DNA from: Camelus dromedarius
Taxonomy: Eukaryota
Length of the DNA stretch: 64,000 bases
Direction: 5' to 3'
Assembly (NCBI RefSeq): GCF_036321535.1
Contig: NC_087437.1
Span: 61,754,001-61,818,000 of the forward strand
Part shown: positions 40,700 through 54,494 of the stretch, in pieces
Layout: every line of letters starts with the position of its first letter
How positions within the stretch are numbered: position 1 is the stretch's first letter
Translations under genes and position numbers: made by a program
Notes under the pieces: model-generated
Database searches by the model: none
The model's input: only the letters and a program-made list of their open reading frames with translations
Told to the model about the DNA's origin: nothing

Positions 40700-43600
40700 G
40701 GAGAGTGTCATCAGTAGCATGAAGGAATGAGAGGCTGTCTCTCCCTTCAATCTACAACCAGTAAAATATCCACAACTCAACAAAGGTGCCTCTGCCCAGC
40801 ACACCAGGACGCCAGAGAATTCCACACATCTGTATATCTAACAGTTGGTGGACTGGAACACACAGGGGAGGTGGAACTAGGGAAACAGCAGAGACAGTGC
40901 CTGCAACGCTGCCCTCCAGCTGTCGCAACTGAGCCTACAGCCCCAGAGAATCCAGTAGCAGCAGGGGAGGCAGCACTCAGCACTCCATCCTGTCAGCCAC
41001 AGTGGCACTCGCGGCCACAGGTAACTGGGCAGCAGTCACAGTGGGGCCTGGGACCCTGTTCCTCCAGCTGTGGAGGCATCCATGACTCCAGAGCCCCCCC
41101 CCCCCCCAACAGTGACAGAGCCCACGAATCTGAAAACAGCAGACAAAGCAAAGTTGCCTTCCCAACCCTGGTCTTCCCACCCCTACTCTAACCCTCCTTT
41201 CCTCTCCCCCCACAGTGGCAGATCCCAGATGTTCTAGAAGCACCTCCCTCAGGTGGTGACACTAGTGACACTGGCAGCAGCAAGGCACCAACAGCCCTGG
41301 AGGCACAAGCAGTGAACTTAAGGACCGTATGGGTGGCCTTTTGATGGAAGCAGTGAGGGTGGAAAGTGAAGCAGCTCAGGTAAGAGAAACCAAAAACTTG
41401 TGCTAGTGTGCCACCTACTGGAAAACAAAAGAAAGGCCTATTTCTAATCTGTTCGATTGTTAGAATCAAGTAGAAAGGTGCTCTCTGGTTCAAATGCATG
41501 GGCAGAACTCAGCAAACATCATGAAGAACCACAGTAACACTGTACCACAAAAGAAAATGACAGTTCTCTAGAAACCGAGCTTAAAGTCATGGAATATTGC
41601 ATTCCAAGTGATAGAGAATTCAAAGTAGCTGTCATGAACAAACTCAATGAGCGACAAGAAAACTCAGGCAGTTCGGTGAGCTCAGGAATAAAATCATTCC
41701 TGAGTGACTGAACAGAAGGTACACTTTACCAAACATATTGAAAACGATGTCAAAAAAGAATCAAAGTCTGGACTGAAGATCTCAATAAACAAGAACATAT
41801 TAAAAAGCACTGGAAATAGACCAGGCAATACGGAAGAGAGAATTAGCAACATAGAAGATAGAAATCTAGAAATGATACAAGAAGAAGAGGAAAGGGAATT
41901 AAGTTTTTTTTTTTAATGAGTAAATTCTGTGAGAGCTATCTGACTCCTTTAGGAAGGACAACATTCGGGTAATAGGTATCCCTGAAGGAGAAGCAAGGAA
42001 GAAGGAGCAGAAAGTGTATTTAAAGAAATAAAGGCTGAGAACCTCCCAATCCTGTGGAAGGAACTGGATACATGTCCAGGAAGCTAAAAGAACACCTCAA
42101 AGCAAAAGACCTTCTCAAAGACACATATTAAAACTGTCAAAAGTCAGTGATGATTTTAAAGCCAGGGGAAAAAGGATGGTAACCTACAAAAAAGCCCCCT
42201 ACCCCCAATTAGACTATCAGCAGATTTCTCAGCAGAAACTCTGTAGGCCAGGAGGGAGGGCAATGGCATTTTTAAAATACTGAAAGGTAAAAACTGTCAG
42301 CCAAGAATACTCTACCCAGAAAAGTTATGATTCAGATATGAAGGAGAATCAAAGACCCTCAGACAAATAAAAGCTGAGGGAGTTAATCAGCACTAGGCCT
42401 ACCTTGTAAGAATTGTTGAAAGGAGCTCTTCTACCAAAAACAAAAAGGCAAAAGTATATTGTACACTTGCAATTTCAACAGAAAGAATAAAATATCTGGG
42501 AATAATTTTTTTCTTTAAAAAAAAATTTTTAGGGTGGTAGGGTATAGTGCGAGTGCTAGAGCGCATGCTTAGCAGGCACAAGGTCCTGGGTTCTATCCCC
42601 AGTACCTCCTCAAAATATAAATAAATAAATAAACCTAATCCCCCCACTAAATAAATAAATAAATAAATAAATAAAATTTTAAAAATTTTCTTGAAGTGTA
42701 GTTGATTTACAAAGTTAGTTTCAGGTATACAGCAAAGTGATTCAGCTATAAATATACATACATACATATTTTTTTCTTTTCAGATTCTTTTCCATTATAT
42801 GTTATTACAAGAAATTAAATGTAGTTCCCTGTGCCATGCAGTAGGTCCTTGTTGTTTATCTATTTTATGTATAGTAATATGTGTCTGTTAATCCCCAACC
42901 TCTAATTCATCCCTCCTTGCCCTTTCCCCTTTGATAACTATATTTTGTTTTCCATGTCTGTGAGTCTGTTTTTGGCTTGTAAATAGAATTTGTATCTTTT
43001 TTTTAGATTGCACATATAAGTGATATCATATGATATTTGTCTTTGTCTGACTTACCTCACTCAATATAATAATCTCTAGGTCCATCCAAGTTGCTAAAAT
43101 ATGTAGGAGTAAATTTAACCAAGGAGACAAAAGACTTATACACTGAAAACTGTAAGATATTCTTAACAGAAATTGAAGAAGACACAAATAAGTGGAAAGA
43201 TATTTCGTGCTCGTGGACTGGAAGAATTAACACTGTTAAAATGTCCATATTACTTAAAGCAATCTACAGATTTAATGAAATCCCTATCAAAATCCCAAGG
43301 ACATTTATCACAGAAATAGAGCAAAAAATGATAACTATCTATATGGAACCAAAAAAGAAATCAAATAGCCAAAGAAATCCTGAGGTTAAAAAAAGAAGAA
43401 GCAGCAAGCTGGAGATATTGTAATCCCTGATTTCAAATATTACAAAGATACAGTAATCAAAGCAGCATGATACTGGCAGAAGAACAGATACATAGATGAA
43501 TGGAACAGATCTGAGAGTGCAGAAATAAACCCACACACATATGGACAATTAATTTACAACAAAGGAGCAAAGAACATACAATGGAGAAAGGATAGTCTCT

Positions 43601-44880
43601 TCAGTATATGGTGTTGAGAACACTGAATAGTCACATGCAAAAAAAATGAAACTAGATCACTATCTCATACAAAAATCCACTCAAAGTGGTTTAAAGGCCT
43701 AAATTGTAAAACCTGAAGCCATTAAACTCCTAGAATAAAACATAGACAATAGGCTCTTTGACATCAGTCTTAGCAATATCTTTCTAGATATGTCTCCTCA
43801 GGCAAGGAAAACAAAAGCAAAAATAAGCAAATGGAACAACATCAAACTAAAAACTCCTGCACAGCAAAGAAAACCATCAGCAAAGCAAGACGACTGCCTA
43901 CTGAATGAAAGATGATATTTGCAAATTATATATCTAATAAGAGTTTAATATCCAAAATATATTAAAAAAAACCTCATACAACTCAACAATAATAAACAAT
44001 CCGATTAAAAATGGGCAGAGGAGCTGAATAGTCATTTTTCCAAAGAAGACATACAAATGGCCAACAGGCACATGAAAAGATGTTTAACATCACTAATTAT
44101 TAGGGAAGAGCAAATCAAAACCAGAATAAGATATTACCTCACACCTGTCAGAATGGCTATCATCAAAAAGAGCACAAATAACAAATGTTGGTGAGGATGT
44201 CTCTCATGCACTGTTGGAATGTAAATTGGCACAGCCACTATGAAAAACAGTACTAAGCTTATCAAAATATTAAGAACAGAACTACCATATGATCCAGCTA
44301 TCACACTTCTGGGTATTTAAAGAATATGAAAACACTAATTTGAAAAGATATATACACCCTATTGTTCATTACAGCATTATTTATAATAGCCAAGATTGGA
44401 AACAACCTAAGTGCCCATCAACAGATGAATGGATAAAGATGTGACGTATTTCGGGGGGGACGGGTAATGGAATATTACCCAGCCATAAAAAGATGAAATT
44501 TTGCCATTTGCAGCAACATGGATAGATGTTGAGGGCATTATGCTAAGTGAAATGTTGAAGACAAATATATGATTTCACTCATATGTGGAATGTAAAAAAC
44601 ATACAAACAAACAAAAAATCAAAATAAATAAACCAAGCAAAAACAAACATGTAGGTAGAGAACAGGGTAGTGGCTGCCAGAGGGGAATAGATGGTGGGGG
44701 TTGGGGGCAAGTATGAAATGGACAAAGGGAATCAACTGCATGGTGACAGATGGAAACTAAATTTTTGGTGGTGAGCACACTGTAGTGTATACAAAAGTAG
44801 AAATGTAATGTTATTATATACATGAAACATACATAATGTTATATTCCAGTGTTACCTCAGTAAAAAATAAATTTTTAAAA
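40700..44880 (+). mobile_element. Degraded, internally deleted L1 (5'UTR, ORF1 remnant, ORF2 3' half, 3'UTR) with nested SINE and antisense L1 tail (about 42505-43096)
   Basis: ORF1-like 41704..41916 and agactatcagcagatttctcagcagaaact. ORF2-like 43091..43423 ([16 protein letters not shown]...[17 protein letters not shown]). Confidence 0.9.
42532..42675 (+). mobile_element. tRNA-derived SINE (camelid Vic-1-like)
   Basis: A/B-box-like head (ggtcctgggttctatcccc) followed by a (TAAA)n tail. Homologous to 59888-60028. Confidence 0.85.
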
Positions 44881-44974
44881 AATCAAGAAAGGACATATAA
44901 TAAAGTATAAAAGGCAAAGAAATAGCTACTTTTTGTTGAGTGCTTACTACTTAAGCACTTCTCATATAAACTCT

Positions 44975-45280
44975 TTTAATTAAAATATAGTTGATACAAT
45001 ATTAGTTTCAGATGTACAACATAGTGATTCAATATTTTTATAGGTTATATTCCATTTAAAGTTATTCTAAAATATTGGCTATATTCCCTGCATAGTACAA
45101 TACATCCTTGTATCTTGTTTATGATATACCTAATAATTTGTACCTCTTAATCTCTCCTACCCCTAGCTTGCCCTTCCCACTATCCTTCTCCCCAATGGTG
45201 ACCATAGTTCATTGTCTACATCTGTGAGTCTGCTTCTGTTATGTTATATTCATTTAAAAAAATTTTTTTAGATTCCACTA
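44975..45280 (-). mobile_element. L1 3'UTR fragment
   Basis: Homologous to the L1 tails at about 18086 and 52490. Confidence 0.8.
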
Positions 45281-46227
45281 TAAATCCTGTTTATATATAT
45301 TTTATTTACATGGTTATATGAACACATCTGTTCCAAACATAATCTCATTTAATACTTGTAACAATGCTAAAAAAACTGATATTACTAATACCATTTCATA
45401 GATGAAGAAACTAAGAGTGGAGACGATTTCCCATGAACATACAACAAGCAAGGGCAGAGCTATGATTTGAAGCCAGGTCTCTAAAATCTGTGTTGCTAAT
45501 CATTAAGCTCTGTGTCACCTAACCTCTCAACAAACTGTAGACTTTGCTATTTCATAAACACTAAATCTGCCTTCAGTTTACAGATCATCTGGGAAGCCTT
45601 CTTGCAGTAGTGCTCAGTGATTCATCCTTGACACCAATGGTTTGAGAACAAGTTCCTGAGGTCTCACCACTCTCACTGAGAACTCACCTGAGTTGGAGTC
45701 CCAGCCCTTTCACTTAGTAATTGAGTGGCCTTGGGCAAGTTATTTAACCTTTATCAGCCTCACCCGCCTCATGAGGGCAGCAATTCCTACCTTACAAAAC
45801 TGTAAAGATTAGGTGATAACTAATACCATGAAAACATCTGGCACAGTCTGTTCATCCTAGACACTCCCCAAAAGGGCGTTTTCTCCCTTCCTCAGTGGAT
45901 TAGCTACCACTGTCTGTCTGGGCTGAAGACCCTTTAAACTACATCTTCAGTCCTTATCTCTTATTCTTCCTCTAGATCTGTATTTCCTGTTTCCTACCAG
46001 GAAGCATAACCCACCCCAAATTATATTACACCTGAACCACTATTCCTAGTTTTTCAGTAGCGTCAGTGCCATCTTCAATACCACCTTTTTGGTCCTTGAG
46101 CTCACGTCCTTAAAATCACTTCCATCTCTCTCTCCTCCTCCCTTGCTCAGACATTGTATGTGCAGCATAACTACTCTTTCCTGAGAAAAAATATTTCAAC
46201 TCCATGTTTTGAAAAGTATATTGGCAA

Positions 46228-46438
46228 CTACGTTTGAAAGTTGCCAAGAGAGTAGATCTTCAAAATTCTCATCATAAGAAAAATATTTTCATAACTAAAT
46301 GTAATGTGACAGATGTTAACTAGACTTATTGTGGTGATCATTTCACAATATATACATATATCAAATCATTATCTTGTCATCTGAAACTAATATAATATGA
46401 TATGTCAATTATACCTCAATAAAAATCATACTGTAAAA
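46228..46438 (+). mobile_element. L1 3'-end fragment with 16-bp TSD
   Basis: TSD aaaagtatattggcaa at 46212-46227 and 46439-46454. AATAAA followed by an A tail. Confidence 0.85.
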
Positions 46439-48635
46439 AAAAGTATATTGGCAAACTTGAGTAAATCAGAACAATGATCTGGATGATGGGGGACTGGAAA
46501 CTGGCATACCAGGATGAACAAACATATGTATATCAAGGAAATATGGATTTTCCTCCTTTAGAACAGAAGCCTCAGAGTTGTTGTCATTGGGAAGAAAAAG
46601 TCCTTTCTCTGTGGGCTTCAAAATGCAGACCTGACCCCTAGGAAGTGATTTCTGCCAACAAAAGGAAATTTTGAGGACTTGCGTCTTCTCTGTCTCCATC
46701 TCGTCTGCTTGCTCCTTCCATTCTCATGTCTGAGGGGAGGAGGAGGACTTTAGCACAGACATGCTCACCTTCTGCTGTAAGAATCTTAAGGAAACAGCTT
46801 GCTGAGTTTCAAATATGTGCACACCAGCACCTCTGTTGAATGACCCTAGACCCGCTGGAATCATATGCAACCTATTTTGTTTGAAACCTGGCTACCCAGC
46901 ACCAGTGACATGGACCCTTAAAGGCTGCTAATGGCAAAGAAGAGTTCATAATCCCCTTCAGAGCCAACTAGACACCTCAGCTCATAATATTACCTTGAAT
47001 AATAAATAGTATACATCTTTGGTATGTCTAACGCATTCATTTTCAGCTTGGAGAGCCCCAGTTTCAGACTGTTGTTTGGGTCTTTATTTATCTGCCTTCA
47101 GACCAAGGTAGTCAATATTAGGAAGACAGGCTTTTCTTTTACACGACCCTTCTGCTTTTAGGGGAATGAGGATCAGAGCAAAGGGACTTGGCAGATAGGC
47201 CCCAGTGGCCTGAATACAGAAGGTGGTGGTAGGATGATGCCAGGCAGACTCTTGAGGGTGGGCATGGGGAGAAGGGTGGAAAGAGGACAGAGGACAAGAA
47301 GAGGTGCCTACCCATCCAAAAGGAGATTGCATAGAAACAGAAAAGAAATATTTTGCTCCATCCTCCAGACTGAAAATGTTCACTATGGTCCACAAATGGT
47401 GGAATATGAGAACAGAAGTACCAAGGGGCTCTGTTGGGCTCTGGATGTGCTCAGACCAAAGAGAAAGTAGAACTGATGGCTGACCTACAGGGGTCGGAGC
47501 AGGTGCCTGGGTTCTGATCCGGATCCCACCACTCACTCCCTGACCAGGCAGGCTGCTTAGCCTCTGCTGCCTCATCTCTAACCAGGGCCATAATGTCCAG
47601 GGGACTCTGGAGGGGATTAAAGGGCTTAAATTCAAAGCAATTAGGACAGCCTGGTGTGAAGAAAGCCCTCAAAAATGTTAGCAGTCGTTTTCTTTAGATG
47701 GGAAGTTGGCCTTCAGTGGATTCCAAAATTCTTCACCCTCTGAAATGTTTTGTTAATCTTGTGATTTATTTTTCCCCTTTACCTTGCTTCCTGGATATGC
47801 CTTTTACTATCCATTTCCATAGCTGTTCTCCTGATCCAGGATTTTATCTTTGTGCTTAGGATGAAACAAAAGGACAGCTTCTCATTGTCCCCACATGGGT
47901 CTCTGAAATACCAGTCATTTCTCTTGCAGTCTTCTTTCAGCTCCTTCAATTTCCTTACTGTGTGCTTCTGCACAACAATGAAGAAAAAATATCAAGAAAC
48001 CAAAACAAGATGAGGCATGTAAGTTCCACCCAGCCTCGTGACTCAAGTCAGTGCTCACAGTGTGACTCATCAGGTAAGCTGGGGCGGCTGTAGCATCTGC
48101 TCTACATTTGCCTTTGCTCTCACCCCCAGCAGCCTGGCCACCAGGAAGCAAGGTTCTTCTGAGTTCTCCAGGCTTTATCTTTTGGTTCAGGCTAGAGTGA
48201 AACCCAGGGGCCACTGAACTCCAGACAAACATGCTAAGAAAGGGATCTTTCTACCCTGCATCCAGGTCAGTCCCCAAAACCATGCTTCACCTTAACCTCT
48301 GCTGATGGGTCCTTTTTTTGGACAGTTTCCTTTTTTTGCATTCAGTGTCCTCCTCTCAAACAACCACACTCTTTACACAGCAAATCCTGACTGGCAGGTG
48401 CCTCAAGGAGCCTCACAGGCAAGTTCAAGCACATCTGAACTAAACCTGAAAGGTTGTGCGTCCCCTATCCCAGACTCCTGCCATCCAAACTACACAAATT
48501 AGTAGTCCCTCTTTCTCTAAACATCAGTATGAACATGTCCCATCTCAGCCTCAATTCCCTCTGGCTTGAATTTGCATCTCTTCTGCTGAAATTATTTATA
48601 TGTACTTTTTGCCTCTCAGGCTTTGCCCTTAACTC

Positions 48636-48990
48636 GTCTTAGTTGGTTCATGCTACTGTAACAAAATACCACAGGCTGGGTGGCTTATAAACAACAGAAA
48701 TTTATTTCTCATGGTTTTGAAGCTGGACATCTGAGATCAGGGTGCCAGCTTGGGTGGGTGAGGATGCTCTTCCTAGTTCATGGCTGGTGTCTTCCCTAGT
48801 GTCCTGTTGTGGTGGAAAGGGCTTGGGAGCTCTCTGGAGCCTCTCTTTTCAGATCACTAATCCATTCATGAGGGCTCCACCCTCAAGACCTAAGCACCTC
48901 CCAAAGACCCCACCTCCTCATACCATCACATTGGGCTTTAGGATGTCAACATATGAATTTTGGGGGTACATGAACATTCAAATCGTAGTG
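48636..48990. mobile_element. MLT1A-type (MaLR) solo LTR
   Basis: ctactgtaacaaaataccacaggctgggtggcttataaacaacagaaattt...acatatgaattttggggg. Confidence 0.85.
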
Positions 48991-49344
48991 TCATCTATGT
49001 TTTCCTCATTAATGCTGTGCTCAGACTCCTGAGGATAGCCAAGGTGATTTGGCTTCTTGTCAGTACATGAGTTGAGTGGGTTTCCACTTTTCTGTCCTCA
49101 CATATATCATGTCCCCAGCCTAAACTAACCTGCCCTCTGCCATGTCACCCCCACCAAACAGCCCAAGACTTGATTCAGTGTTGATGCTCCAGGCTCACCT
49201 TTGGCTTTGCAATTCATGGTTACAAATGTGCAAACAGCTCATGAAGATGAGGCTTGTTATAAGTGACTTTGTGCTTAGATATAGCCTGTGAATTACCAAT
49301 CAAAGTAGCATCACACACATGCGCCAACATCGCAGCTTTAACCA

Positions 49345-50310
49345 CGAGGACATTATACTAAGTGAACTAAGCCAGCCATAAAAGAACAATATAGTATGAT
49401 TTCACTTGCATGAAATACCTAGAGAAGTCCAATTCGAAGAGACAGAAAGTTAAACAGTGGTGACCAGGGTCTAGGGGGAGGGAGGAATGGCGAATTATTT
49501 TGTGATGGATACAGAGTTTCAGTTTGGGAAGATGGTGGAGATGGATGGTGGTGATGGTTGCACAACAGTGTGAATGTACTTAATGCCACTAAGCTGTACA
49601 CTTAAAACTGGTAAAGTTTATATTATGTATATTTCACCACAATTTAAAAAAAAATTTTAAGTAATACCTGGTGATTATAGGACTTTCAGAAAATATGAGT
49701 AAGTAAAAAGAAGAAAATAAAAATATACTTAAAAGATTATTTCCACTTAATATATTATAAACATCTTCCCAGTACAAGGGTAATCTTCTGCACAACTTAT
49801 TTAAAGGCTGCATGGTATTTAGTTTATTTTATGGATATACATTAACTAATATAATCAATATTCTATTAGAGAGTATTGAGGTAATTTTATTTTTTTAACT
49901 ATTAAAAGGATTACTGCAAGAAACATCATTATAGTTAAATCATTATGACACTGGGAGTTAGGTGTGGTTGTAAAGGACAAAATCATGTATTTTTGTGGTG
50001 ATGAAACTGTTCTGTCTCTTGACTGTGGTAGTGGATATGCAAACATACATGTGTGATAAAACTGCATAGAACTAGGTATACACACACACACACACATACA
50101 CACACACACACACCAATGAGTACAAGTAACACTGGGGGTGTCTGCACAAGAGCTGTGGACTGTATTGATGTCTGTGTCCTGGCTGTGATATTGTACTATG
50201 CAGTTTTACAAGATGTTACCTTTGGGGGAAACAGGTAAAGGGTACACTGGATTTCTCTATTATTCCTTATAACTGCGTGTGAATCTACAATTACCCCAAA
50301 ATAAAAGGCT
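49345..50310 (+). mobile_element. Two old L1M 3'UTR fragments (about 49345-49650 and 49975-50310), with (CA)n at about 50081-50112
   Basis: gtgaatgtacttaatgccact and gtgtgaatctacaatt L1M tail motifs. Confidence 0.75.
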
Positions 50311-50530
50311 TAATTTCTCTAAAAGTGAAAAAAGTATGCACATCCACAATTAGTTTATTAAAATAAATTTTAAATGAGAAATAACTAAGTTAAAAGCCCT
50401 ATTTTAAAGCATTTGATACATATTGTTTGATACATATTACACTCCAGAAAAAACTTAGTATTTACGCTCCTGCCAATTGTATAAGAACTCTACCCATAAC
50501 ATTAAATCTTATTACTAAAAATACCCTTTA

Positions 50531-50677
50531 CACCAGAAATTAACACAACTTTATATATTGACTATACTTCAATAAAAAAATAGACTAACACTGTACTGTA
50601 CACCAGAAATTAACACAATATTGCAAATCAACTATACCTCAAAAAAAATAAAATCCAGGATTCTTTAAAAATGAAAA
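50531..50677 (+). mobile_element. Micro-insertion of two tandem L1 tails, 15-bp TSD
   Basis: TSD taaaaatacccttta at 50516-50530 and 50678-50692. caccagaaattaacacaa occurs twice. Confidence 0.8.
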
Positions 50678-52489
50678 TAAAAATACCCTTTAACCCAATC
50701 ACAAAATTATTGCTCATCATTATTTAATTCCCTCAAGGTTTTAAAATAGCAACAGACTCATTTCTCCATATTTAATTAAGGGTTCTTGTGTTCTTTTCGC
50801 TTTTGTATTGGTTAATGCCTTTTTATTCCTATTAGCAGAGGAACTCCCCTTTAGGAAGTGCACATTAGAATTTGGGAAGTCCTATGTGTAGATGACATTG
50901 ACCAACATGGTTTATTTTCAGTCCCTCTCTCTACCCTCAATAGCATTATCAGCTCTTTGAGGACAGACCCTTTATCCATTTACATTCACCCTTACATCCC
51001 TAGAACCTAGAGAGTATTTGGCACAGAGTGGGTGCTTAATAAATAATTATTCAAGAAAGAGTTTAGAAATTAACCAAACTACTCCCTAAGGTCTGTGTCT
51101 TCACTCTGGACTGAGCAGCCAGACTCTCAGTGTGGACTCTGGCAACTGTTTACATGACAAGGGTGAGTCTTGTGGGTATGGAAAGGAAGGCCCCCATTCA
51201 GAGCTGATTTCCTGGTTCAGCTTTGTATTAGTTGGCACATAGGCTTGTAAAAGGTTGACCATATTATGCCTCAAACCCTAAGCTCATCAGTCAAAGTGAA
51301 ACTTGGGTCATAGTCTTGATGAGAGACTGCCATTCAAACAAGTGAGAACAGCAAGGAATTAAAAAAAAAAGATGCTAGACAATTGTGGATAATTTCAAAC
51401 CTACAGTAGCCCTTCCCCCCTCATATGACTGCTCTGCAAGGTAGCTCAAAATGAATGTATGACAAGTCTCATCTGTTTTTTCCCACTCTACCTCTGCAGA
51501 AGGACAGGCAGAGACAAAGACATTGTGAAAAATGTCATGGGGATTCACCCATCCCTATTAGAATGTAAGCTCTCTGGGGCACAGATTTCTGCTTATTTAG
51601 TTCATTGACATGTCCAAGAGCTGAAAACATTTCCTGCCACGTGGTAGATGCTCCATAAATATTTCTTGAATGCCTGAAAAAATGAGCAAGACACTCATGT
51701 TTTATGATGCCAGTTCTCAAAGGCCAATACCTTCTAGAAATGATCTACCTCCAGTCTGTGAGAGCATCCTAGAAAAGACTCCATTGTGAACCTAGGATTC
51801 TGTTTGTGTCTGAGTCTGGTGCCCAAGACCTTAACCCCTAGAGCAGCTCTTTAATCTTCTGTTAGCCATGGGAGGCTGGGTTTTGAGGTCTGCAATAGCA
51901 GTTCCAGGTTTGATAAACCGGCTTGGAATAGGGGCAAGGCACCCACGTGGCGGTGTGAAGTTTCACCCCAGCTGCCCAAGAACACTTTCACTTCACCAAG
52001 AGTCTTTTGATTTCTCGTTGGAATTTCTCCCTCTGATCTCACTGAGAAGCTCAGACAAAAGTTCACCTCTTTGTCCCACGTGTTTTCTATCATGACTGCT
52101 GCCCAATTCTCTCATCTCTGTGTGCTTCTGCCCCCAAATCAGTGGCATTTGTCAGAAAGTCCAGTGCTTCTGAATTTTCCTTTCTTCATACACTGTCCCC
52201 TCAAGGCAAGCTTTCTCTCCTTTCCCTATGAGTTTTGGTTAGTCAGTGCATGCCACATGATACATTCATTCCCTCCTGTATTTATGGGCATCAGTGATGG
52301 TCCAGGCTTGGGGACTCAGCTGTAAAGAAGCAGACACAGCTCCTGCCCTCTCAAAGCTTACAGTCCTTCCCCTATTTTGTCTTAATTTTTTACAAAAATA
52401 CAGTTCACCAAAATTTAAAGTTATTAAACATATTTTTCTTACACAAGGTCAGAGAAAATGTGTTCACCCACCAAATAGTTTCCCTTTTT

Positions 52490-53285
52490 CTTTTTTAAAT
52501 TGAAATATAGTTGATTTACAATATTATACTAATTTTAGGTATACAGCATAGTGATTCAATATTTTATAGATTATACTCCATTAAAGTTATTACAAAATAA
52601 TTTTCTGTGCTGTACAACATTTCCTTGTTCCTTATCTATTTTATACATAGTAGTTTATATCTCTTAATCCTCTACCCCTATCTTGCCTCCCCCTCTCCTC
52701 TCTCCTCACTGGTAACCACTAATTTGTTTTCCATATCTGTGAGTCTGTTCCTGTGTTACTATATACATTAGTTTGTTTTATTTTTTAGATTCCATGTATA
52801 AGTGATAACACACAGTATTTGTCTTTGTCTGACTTATTTCACTAAGCATAATACTCTCTAGGTCCATCCACATTGTTGCAAATGGCAGAATTTAATTCTT
52901 TTTTGTGGCTGAATAGTATTCCATTTATATATATCCCATTCCATATATATATGTATATATATAAAGAAGATGTCATATATATATATATATATATATATAT
53001 ATCCATTTATCTGTTGGTGGACACTTGGGTTGCTTCCATATCTTCGCTATTATAAATAATACTGCTATGAACATTGTGGTGGATATATCTTTCTGAATTA
53101 GTGTTTTCATTTTTTTTGGATATATACTCAGGAGTGGAATTGCTGGATCATATGGTTCTATTCCTAGTTTTTTGAGGAACCTCCATACTATTTTCCATAT
53201 TGGCTGTACCAATTTACGTTCCACCAACAGTGCACAAATATTCACTTTTCTCCACATTCCTCACCAACATTTGTTATTTTTTTCC
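52490..53285 (-). mobile_element. L1 3' fragment
   Basis: ORF2 C-terminus in ORF 52973..53257. Internal (TA)n. Confidence 0.85.
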
Positions 53286-54494
53286 ACTTGGGTACAGCTT
53301 TAATATTAACATTTATTTTTCTTTTGGCAGTTCAGTATTAGAAATACTGACTCTAGTTTCCATAATCAGTGAATGTTAATCTAAGAGATCATAATTTAAT
53401 TATTAACAACTTTGTTATTAGTATAAATGACTGTTTTGAAATAGTCACCAAATATTCCTAATTCAGTCATTAATTGGTGACTATTGACTGGAAACTTCTG
53501 AACTCTCATTGTCTCAATTGTATCAATTTAATATCTCAATTTGCCAGATTTTCTGATGGGCTTTTTATATTCAATCATAAACAGAAAACAAAATACATTA
53601 CAGCATTCAGTAAAATTTTTAAAAATCTAAAAACAGTGTGTGTACATGAAACCAGAAAAATGCACCTGCTACATTACTGGAACAATCTACCTGGATTTTG
53701 CTATTGTCAAAGGTGTATAATTTATTTTCTCTTAATGTGGATAACATTAAGGTTTTGGTTGGTAGTGTACATGTTTTGTGTGTATTATCTCATTTGATCC
53801 GCCTACGGTGTAGGCATTTTTAAACCATTTGGCACTTAAGAAACAACGGCTAAAAGGTAATAATTTGCTTTTAGTTTCACAGTAACCTAGATATAGGGGT
53901 TGAGAATGAAAATCATTCCCCTGGCTCTGATTTTATGGCTCTTTTCCCTTAATTGAAGAATTGTAGGAACTTAGAGTTTTCTTTGACCTTATTAAATAAA
54001 TTACTAGTAAATATTTTCTATTTGAGAAGACATACATAGGAAAATGCCTTGTGATCAAATCATTTTTATTGCTATTTACCTATTTAGATGCTACTGTCAA
54101 AAGTCATCAATGCTCATCAGCATAAAACTGAAGTCAAGCGTCTGTGAATTCCACACATGGTTTTGCAGAGTGTTGTAATCTGTATCATAGGCATTAAGTT
54201 TAATGTCCTAGTTTCTGTTGACAAGTGTTACTATTTTTAGGATTTTCTTCATGTCTTACATTGATTGCTTCACTGCTTTTGTACCTCATAAGAAAAAAGA
54301 ATCACAGGATGATAAACATGAACTGTCTCAGTAATTAAGTCAAAGTATTACTCTTAAGGAAGTCCCACTTAGAAAAAGCCATGGCTGAAGGTGGTTACTT
54401 TAAATACAAAGCAATCACAATTTCAGGGCCACTTCTGGGGACTCTCCTGGTAATTATAAATCACTTAAATTGGTTTTCAACTGCACTAATATAC

